Shown one piece after another: positions 55,738 to 64,000 of a stretch of DNA of 64,000 nucleotides. A model generated the notes under the pieces. The model was not told the DNA's origin, did no database searches, and worked only from the letters and a program-made list of their open reading frames with translations. Source of the stretch: Eledone cirrhosa (lineage: Eukaryota). The position numbers were made by a program, and so were the translations under genes. Positions within the stretch are counted from its first letter, which is position 1; each line of letters starts with the position of its first letter. Location: NCBI GenBank assembly GCA_964016885.1, contig OZ024740.1, positions 327,484,001-327,548,000 of the forward strand, read 5' to 3'.

Positions 55738-57176
55738 GCGTAATAAGGAAAGCCACATATCAGTTGAAGAGTTAATAACGATATTACACAACATAAATTA
55801 AGGTTACCGGTTGTGTTTATGCCAAAACAGGTTTTAAACCTCCCGTCTGAACCGGCGTTCGACAGATATTAATATGTTTACTCATGGCTGATCGACAGTT
55901 TGCAAGAAATTGAGGAAATTGTACGGTATCTATGAGTAGACGTAGCAAGAATGAAAGAGACGAACTCTTCTTAATTTGCTATCTCTGTGTATTCTAGGAA
56001 TAAGTAAGATACTCTTGGCTCTGATTGATAGGAATACACCACCACCACACCAATATAGTAATATTTTCTAGACGTTTCGTTAAGATCAGGTTCGCATATA
56101 CTCCTAACATGAAATTCTATAAAATCCATTTGACAAAGTATTTAACAAGAAGTCTAAAGCTGGACATTTTGAAGGAAAATTTAAACAGAGGTAGTAGTGG
56201 AATGTTTCGTTCTTCAAACATTTAGATATAAGAACAACTATCGATTTAGTAAACTACGTGTGGGTTCGATAAGACAAATAAAAACTATAATGTTAAATGA
56301 GTGGTCCTCGAAAAAGCTAAAACATACATTAATGCATTCAAATGGTGGTGCTTGGGACCACTGAATAGATCCTAATGTTTCAAGTACTGGATGAAACCTT
56401 TCAATGAATTCTCAGAGCGACATATTAACATGTTTTCATTTTAAAAAATGTCTATTTATTTGATGGATTTATTATTCTCCAGAGACACATCCATTTCAAC
56501 AAAAGGACCCAATGTGATCGACAACTCATTGTGAAACGTTTCATTCTTATACACGATCCTCTTTAATCATTTCGCTATTCAAACACTCGCTTTATATAAA
56601 GTTGTACTTGTTTAGAAATTTGTATTTAAGAGAAACACACATCTGTACGTTTGATATTCTACAAAAAAAAAAAATCGCAATTTTATTAATGATTAGTTCT
56701 TTCACTGTGGGCACTAAATTGAGCTTTACGTAGTTTATATAGAAATATTGTAAATATACACTCTAAAGATTAGGTTAATAATCCGGAAAATTATAATATT
56801 ATTACAAACAATTTATCTTAGATATTTTTGAAAGCTAAAACCCATTTAATTGAAGTGGCCTAAATCCAAACCGGAATAAAAATAAATGAGTTGTTCGCTT
56901 GATAGAGCAGAACTATGATCAAAGGCATTCCAGACGTGATGATTCCATTCTGTTCCTATTTGCAAGGAAACCGGGAACACATTATCAAAAATATACTTTT
57001 TAGGGCAGTAGAATATAATTTGATAGATAGATTTCGTTACTGTTTCTAGCAGAGTAAGGAACACTGTAGAGGTTTCCTTTGCTTCAATGATTAGAGGTTC
57101 AGCTTTGATATGCATTTAGTTCCATTCTATAGCAAGCATTCGGGTTAATTGTCTTGTCTGAATATATAGATAACGC

Positions 57177-57368
57177 CCTACATATGGAGAACTGGGTTAC
57201 GGAGAGAACAAGCCTCACTCCTCGACGGTGCCGCAGGAGGTGAAGACCCTGGAAGGGATCTATATCCATGGAGTCGCTTGTGGGTACGGTCATGCCCTCT
57301 ACCTGGCGAGAGCTGATACTGAAGCCAACTGACAGAAGCTGAAGCGATTGCCGATATTCTCTCCATAA
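57177..57368 (+). pseudogene. RCC2: RCC2 (TD-60) C-terminal fragment with an in-frame TGA at 57330-57332
   Basis: Translates PTYGELGYGENKPHSSTVPQEVKTLEGIYIHGVACGYGHALYLARADTEAN*QKLKRLPIFSP*, matching the last RCC1 repeat and tail of RCC2 as I recall it. No other exons were seen. Confidence 0.8.
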
Positions 57369-57506
57369 TGCCACACCATTGCCCCCTTCCCCAGCCAAGC
57401 CCTTCCCTGACCTCTCTGTCACCATTATCATAACCCTTTTCCCGTCAGGTCCTCTCTACACTCCCAGATCTTTCTCCCCCTCTTCCCCCTCTCTCAAGCA
57501 TCGGAA

Positions 57507-57870
57507 GGCAGGTGGCCTAGTAGTTAAGGTGCTGAGACTCACTGTTATAAAGATATGGGTTCGATATCCAGACTGGCAGCCTCTAGGTTTGATTCCCAGA
57601 CTGCCAGCCTCTGGGTTTCCTTCCCAGAATGGCAGCCTCTAGGTTCCATTCCCAGACTGGCATCCTCTGGGTTCCATTCCCAGGCTGGGGCCTCTAAGGT
57701 GTTGGGACTCACTGTAATAAAGGATGTGAGTTCGATTCCCAGATTAGGAGCCTCTGAGGTATTGGACTCACTGTCATAAAGGATGTGGGTTCGATTCCCA
57801 GACTGGCAGTCTCTAAGGGGTTGGGACTCACTGTCATAAAGGATGTGGGTTCAATTCCCAGACTGGGAAC
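57507..57870 (+). repeat. tRNA-derived SINE head with tandem, about 60-bp re-duplications
   Basis: A box TGGCCTAGTAG; GGGTTCGATTCCC B-box units are repeated. Confidence 0.65.
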
Positions 57871-58830
57871 CTCTTGTCGCTGAAACACCTGAGAAGAAAA
57901 ACATCCTCATATGAGGAAACCTCATAGGAGGCCATCTACATACAGAGGTGTGAGCTGTGACAACATAAGATAGAGACTTTAAACCTCTCCCCCCCCCCCA
58001 CAAATGTATGAGGTGCAAAAATTGTAGGGGCCAGCTAAACCTACACAGGTGTGAGTTGTAATTGTAACATATGACAGGGGTTAGGGTTAGTGTTACAGTT
58101 ACGGTTAGTTCCTTTCATTAAAACATCCAAGTTTCCTCCTATGAAGTATAACATTGTATGAAGCCTGCTAAACCTATATAGGTGTGTGTTGTAAGAACAT
58201 GGTAGGTTTAGGGTTCCTATCATTATAACGAAATGGCAGAAGCGATCCAGCGATATAAGAAATGTTTTACGATATATATTACGTCTCCTAGCTTTTTGAG
58301 TTCAAATGCTGTGGATGTCACCATTATCTTTCTATAACTGACAAAATCATTTTAATGCTTTCCAATATTTCTTCCGACTATAAGTTCTGAATTAAAATTC
58401 CTCAATAGTTTATTTAAGTGGCAGACTTAATCCATTACCCGGTTTAATTCAACCATCTGGCCTTTAACAAATCCCACTTTGTTGCAGGCATTCGGTCCAG
58501 CTCATTACGTTTTGTTAATTCCCTCCCTCTCTACCTCATGAGATATAATTCTATATATATAATTATATAGCCAGTTGTACAATCTTAAAACACTGAAGCA
58601 ACGTATCTCTAGCGGTCGACTGATGAGACGTGACTGTCTGTATTTGTTCATTTTGCTGTCTTCGTCAATATTTTTTATTAACATATGCACACACACACAT
58701 ATATATATATAAACACACACACACAGTTATATATATATATATATATATATAACGAAGGAAATGTGGTAAGGAACCAGGTGGACCATAACGCACCAAAGTA
58801 CTCAATACTTGAGGTAGTAGAGTGGGTAAT

Positions 58831-58939
58831 AGGAACCAGTAAGACCCCGACAGCTGAGCTCAAGCCGTTTCGACGGCTAATTCTGGACTGAATTAGCCGT
58901 CGAAACGGCTTGAGCTCAGCTGTCGGGGTCTTACTGGTT

Positions 58940-58942
<3 letters not shown>
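58831..58942. repeat. Fold-back short repeat family (also at 4763-4968, 5571-5640, 6700-6810, 31712-31916, 59864-59900)
   Basis: Shared GACCCCGACGGCTGAGCTCAAGCCGTTTCG and its reverse complement, always next to (TA)n. Confidence 0.85.
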
Positions 58943-59003
<61 letters not shown>

Positions 59004-59397
59004 TTTATATATATGGGGGTGTACATATACATATTATACACAACCATAACTATTCATTGCCCTAACATATAGTCAAAGTGACTCCAAACCAATACTATGT
59101 AAGAACTCAAGCAAATATTGCCTATATAATACCTGAACTCTACGTCACCAACCATACATATAACATACTCGAGAAAACGTAAAACTGATATCTTTCAGAA
59201 CTATGGATCGGCTTTATTCTATAAATCTGACTTCGGTCCATTTTGGGGCATATATCCCATGGGCAAGCGGCATCATGCCGTTAATTAATTTGGGCTTATT
59301 GGGGCTTATCCCTTCGTTGGGATATCTAATTTAAGAATTATCAGGGAGCGCACTGAAGAGGTGGAGCATGGCCAATTAGCAATGGAGTCGTAGTGGG

Positions 59398-59579
59398 AGT
59401 GGATTGGCAGTATCGGTAGAGGGTCGGAATGCTTTCCAGCATAGTTACATCCCTTTACAATCTGAGTTCAAATCCCGCCGAGGTTAACTTTGCTTTTCAT
59501 TCTTACGGAGTCGATAAAATAAAGTACCAGTAATGCACTGGCTAATTGCTGGCCTTGTACCAAACGTAGAAACAATTAT
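59398..59579 (+). mobile_element. SINE
   Basis: Full copy. Confidence 0.87.
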
Positions 59580-59896
59580 GATATAGAAGTGACGTGATAT
59601 GACAATTGTAGCTTGATAACAACTGCCTTCCCCATACCAGTGATTGGTGTGGGTCGGAGGTTGGGGGTAAATGTAAATAGGGAAACAGGTGGAAGGGCAT
59701 ATTGGATCTAGGTCATCCTTGAGTCATATTGTAGGGTGTCTGGTGTCGTTTATAGGCATATGGTTTATGGATGGTCAAGGTTTGAGGTTGGTTTTATTGT
59801 CTGAATGTAATTACATACATGTTACGACAATCATCAATCATAGTTGAGCTCTGCCGTCAATCATAGTTGAGCTCTGCCGTCGGGGTCTTACTTTTT

Positions 59897-59960
<64 letters not shown>

Positions 59961-60014
59961 CAACAGTGACATAAACAGGCACTCAATCAAGTTTTATTCA
60001 GCCTGTCAACGATG

Positions 60015-60064
60015 ACAGGCTGAATGAGTTGGGGTCTAGAACCTAACGAAACTTGAGTACCTGT
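60015..60064 (+). ncRNA. Hammerhead variant with a one-base core insertion
   Basis: ACAGG-CTGAATGA-GTTGGG..CCTAAC-GAAA-CTTGA-GTA-CCTGT. Confidence 0.68.
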
Positions 60065-60177
60065 TTATGTCACTGTTGTAATTATTTATTCTAAACTCGT
60101 CCTATGGACAGAGTGCTCTTACCCTTGGAAATTTCCACCTAACTTTTACTACGGTGTATATATATATAATTATATAT

Positions 60178-60352
60178 AATTGTCTCTACTTTTGGCACAA
60201 GGCCAGCAATTATTCCAGTGTATTACTGGTACTTTATTTTATCGACCCCGTAAGGATGAAAGGCAAAGTTAACCTCGGCGGGATTTGAACTCAGTCCGTA
60301 AAGGGACGTAACTGTGCTGCAAAGCATGGCGTCCGACACTCTACCGATACTG
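60178..60352 (-). mobile_element. SINE
   Basis: Reverse-complement copy. Confidence 0.87.
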
Positions 60353-60728
60353 TTCGTTAAATTATTGATGTTACTCCATGACTCAACAATTTTGGTATCT
60401 CTTATTTTCAGCAAATTAAATATATTTACAGTCAAAATAATTTTCTGTCTACTTTCTCTCTCTCTTCCCTTCATTCATTTCTTGTCTTTGCCACTACACC
60501 GTTCACTCTCACCTTGCTGTCTCTCCTTGTTTTTTATTTTTTTTGTCTTTCTCTCATTTTCTGTTACTGTCTCCTTCTCTCAATCTTTCTCTACATGTCA
60601 CTTTGTTTTATCCACTCTCCCTTTCTCTTGCACTTTCTCATACCGTTTCCTTTTCACTCTTTTTAATCCGTTCACTCACTGACTCTAATTAACTCTCTCT
60701 CTCTCTCCTCATTTGTCACTATTATTAC

Positions 60729-61123
60729 CGGTGGATTGGCAGTATCGGTAGAGGGTCGGATGCCATGCTTTGACGCATAGAGTTACGGCCCTTGCCATTC
60801 TGAGTTCAAATCCCGCCGAGGTTGACTTTGCCTTTCATCCTTACGGGGTCGATAAAATAAAGTACCAGTAATACACTGGGTAATTGCTGGCCTTGTGCCA
60901 AAAGTAGAAACAATTATTACTAATAATTTCGAGGGCGGTGGATTGGCAGTATCGGTGGAGGGTCGGACGCCATGCTTTGCAGCATAGTTACGTCTCTTTA
61001 CGATCTGAGTTCAAATCCCGCCGAGGTTGACTTTGCCTTTCATCCTTACTGGGTCGATAAAATAAAGTACCAGTAGTGCACTGGGTAATTGCTGGCCTTG
61101 TGCCTAAAGTAGAAACAATTATT
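60729..61123 (+). mobile_element. Two tandem SINEs
   Basis: Full copies at 60729 and 60933. Confidence 0.88.
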
Positions 61124-61445
61124 ACTAATAATTTCTTGCTTGTCGTGTGCAATGTACGATTATTCAAATATGTGGTTTTGCCGATATAACTGGATAATTA
61201 TTATGCACATGACATCATTTCTTTTACTCCAGTTCAACAAAAGTACGATTTAGTCTAATTACTGTGCAACCTATTTTCTTTGCTAAGTTACATGGATGCT
61301 ACGCTTCACTAAGGAACTATCAAAGAAAGGCGATGCACGCCCTAAATTGTCTCACCTATTCATTGATATTCATTTTCTGTTTCCTATTGTATTGAAAGTT
61401 TTCTATGTAATATGTACATAATGTCTAAGGCTATGTTCTCTTTGT

Positions 61446-61483
<38 letters not shown>

Positions 61484-61854
61484 AGTCATTGAGTTCGTGT
61501 GGTGCATATGTTTGTAATTTTTTAGTAATTCTCCAAGCACCTATCATTATAGTTTTTTTTTTTTATTGCTGCATTCTGGTTATCTCAATTTTCTGATCTT
61601 TATATTTAGATAATATTTCAATTTATTTTGGCGGGTACTGATAATTCTATTAGGATACTTCATTCCGAAGTTCTAGACGAAAATATCCTGTCAATTTACA
61701 TTAATCTCCATGCCTATAGGATAAGCATATCCCAAAGTCTAATCGCATTGTCATTCTATGAGTTTTCTTGTCCATATTTCGTCATTATTTCTAGCATTGA
61801 CATGAGAACAGCAATTTGAGGGAATAGAACGGTTAATTTTCTCAACATCCATAC

Positions 61855-62000
61855 TTAACTGGTACTTTATTTTATTGATCTCAGAAGGATGAAAGGCAAA
61901 ACTGACCTCAGCGGGATTTGAAATCAGAAAGTAAAGGGCTGGAAGTAAATGCTGAAAAGCATTTTGTCAGATACTCTTACGATTCCACCAACCCACTGCC
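61855..62000 (-). mobile_element. SINE, diverged
   Basis: Reverse-complement core and B box. Confidence 0.7.
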
Positions 62001-62039
62001 TTATATTTCATAATGCTAATATATTTTCTCAACTCTATC

Positions 62040-63330
62040 CATCCTAGATATGTATTCTCATTTGACTAATATTGAGTAGCCAGAGAAAATGTGGTTAATT
62101 GTCTCTTCCCAACCTCCATATACTCTATAGTTTCTTATGATATTCTGCAATCTTAGATGTTTTTAAAAGTCTCTAGTGAGAAAGTTATGCTGCAGAAAGT
62201 TATGATCCTTCTATGTCGTGTAATTCTCCTATTGTGCCATGTAGTTGTCAACAAATTTTGATATTTTCTCCATATTTACTTCCTACCTCTACTCAGTATT
62301 CTGATATAAAAGGCATGTATGCATTCAGTCATTTGTTCTATTGGCTATGTAGGGATTCTTTTCTTTCCATTATTTTAGAATGTTAATAAAGTACCAGTAA
62401 TGCACTGGGATAATTACTGGCCTTCTGCCAAAAATAGAAACAATTATTTTAGAATGTTAATCTGTAGCCGCATTTTTTTAGCTTAATTTTTTTTTTTTAG
62501 TTTGTTTTATAATTGTTATTGTTTCTCATTTCAAACTTGTAGATGTTTTCTTGAAGATTAAAAACAGTTTTTTTCTTCGTGTTTTGTCACTACAGTATTT
62601 GTATTAGTTTCCCCATTATTCTTTTTTAGATATTGTTTGTACAATATCGTATTGCTTTTCTAGTTGCAGAAGCTACTTATTTCCCTTTATTCCTAGTAAA
62701 GTATATTCGCTGTGTAAAATTTTATGTGGATTATTCTAAATGCAGTAATTATTTTTCCCCTTTTCCTGACTAGTCTTGCTAATTATAACTGTAACATATT
62801 ACTGGGAAAGACAGAGTATTGATGCATAATACATTATTTTTCACAATTACCTCTGTTTAAGTGTTAATCTTGGTCTTCTGTAATATTCCTTCCTAAACTT
62901 TTCTTTCTTGTGCTTATTGTATCGACTGCACTCTCTCTATTTCGTTAATTGCTAAGTATTTATAAGTATATATTTGGTCTTGTCCCGTTAGCTATATTTC
63001 TTTATCTGACATGACATGTGTTTTGATTAATTTTTCTCTCTCCAAGGCGGCTTTGTTGTATTTTTCTAACATAAATTATACGTTAATGCTGCTAGTAAGT
63101 CCGTGTACTGTATATAACAGTTTTCTTTCTAGTCATTTATCGCCTGCAGCAATCCAACTTTAGAGGGTCGATGTTCAAGAGATGTTTGATTGTCCTCTCA
63201 AAACATTTGTATCCGTTTCCAGCCTGGTCTAACATATTGATAAAGGTACTGATCACAAGTAGAAAACGAATGAAAATTCCCCTTGAAATATTCCTCGTTA
63301 TTTTGTTTTTTATAATTCTCCCTTTTATAT
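62040..63330 (-). mobile_element. Highly degenerate R4/Dong-like relic
   Basis: Minus-strand fragments resemble HLL..D.LKL, YFTRNKG and EETINHIF. Confidence 0.45.
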
Positions 63331-63375
63331 CTATCCATTGAATTTTTGTTCCTTATTTGAAACTTGTTTGATATA

Positions 63376-63713
63376 CAGGGTGGTCCGAAAGTCTTGTCAC
63401 CCCCTACCAAAAAATAATGAGAAACAGTTTATGTTCCCATCGCAGTATCGTTTTCTTCGGAGGAGCTGGCTTGCCGAATCTTGCAGTGAAGCCATGTCAC
63501 ACATGCTCCATGCTCTTGCAAGAATGCACACGATCATATGTCCATACACTTGCAGGCAGCCTCTCTTCCAAACTGTAGGAGCTCTGAAATAGATAATTAT
63601 ATTATTATTATTATATATTATAATTAATGATATTATATATTATATTATTGAAACAAAACATGAAACTTAAAACAATATGTGACAAGGGGTGACAAGACTT
63701 TCTGACTACACTG
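63376..63713. mobile_element. Tc1/mariner-type MITE
   Basis: TIRs of about 29 bp (CAGGGTGGTCCGAAAGTCTTGTCACCCCT / AGGGGTGACAAGACTTTCTGACTACACTG) with a TA target duplication. Confidence 0.85.
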
Positions 63714-63734
63714 TACTGTTAATAGGACTTGGTT

Positions 63735-63960
63735 AGGGTGGTGGATCAGCAGACATTTTAGAACGTCATACGAAATATTTTTCAGCATCTAGCTGCTGTT
63801 CTTTACGTTCTACGTTCAAGTCTTGCCGCGCTCAACTTCACCTTTCATCCTTCTGGGTTTCATAAAATGTTCTACCAGTTAAGTCGCCTTTTAGATATAA
63901 TCGACTTTCACATTCCATCGAATTACTGGCCTTGAACTCATGTTAAAAAGAATTATTTGG
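63735..63960 (+). mobile_element. SINE, old diverged copy
   Basis: GTTCAAGTC..CCTTTCATCCTT..TGGCCTTG. Confidence 0.6.
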
Positions 63961-64000
63961 ATGCACCATGACCTATTGGTCAAGAAGCTTGCTTCGTAAT

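Noticed and set aside
58076-58092. GGGTTAGGGTTAG telomere-like repeat
   Set aside because: Only two units within a degenerate local repeat; too short to call.
58620-58645. CTGATGA hammerhead core (also 38523 and a variant at 8085)
   Set aside because: No correctly placed GAAA or stem III follows.

Overview
AT-rich eukaryotic (animal) repeat landscape, probably octopus-like (inferred from the dense (TA)n/(CA)n microsatellites and an abundant Nin/Deu-type tRNA SINE). No intact host gene is visible; the only host-derived coding sequence is a short RCC2 C-terminal fragment with a stop codon. Most listed ORFs are microsatellite artefacts. Mobile elements include a decayed full-length Ty3/Gypsy (9.2-14.9 kb), an older Gypsy relic, a full-length L1/Tx1-type LINE inserted in (GATA)n (20.4-26.2 kb), R4/Dong-like and RTE-like relics, two Tc1/mariner MITEs and about 20 SINEs. 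The highlight is 44.3-55.6 kb. A young Penelope-like (Neptune-type) element with RT and GIY-YIG domains forms a 3-kb-arm palindrome. It directly abuts a 13-copy, 310-bp tandem array in which every unit carries a minimal type I hammerhead ribozyme, i.e. a non-LTR retrozyme, and the array also inverts mid-way. Nine further hammerhead motifs of different sequence lie in small (TA)n-embedded relics across the window. All ribozyme calls were folded by eye and have not been tested.
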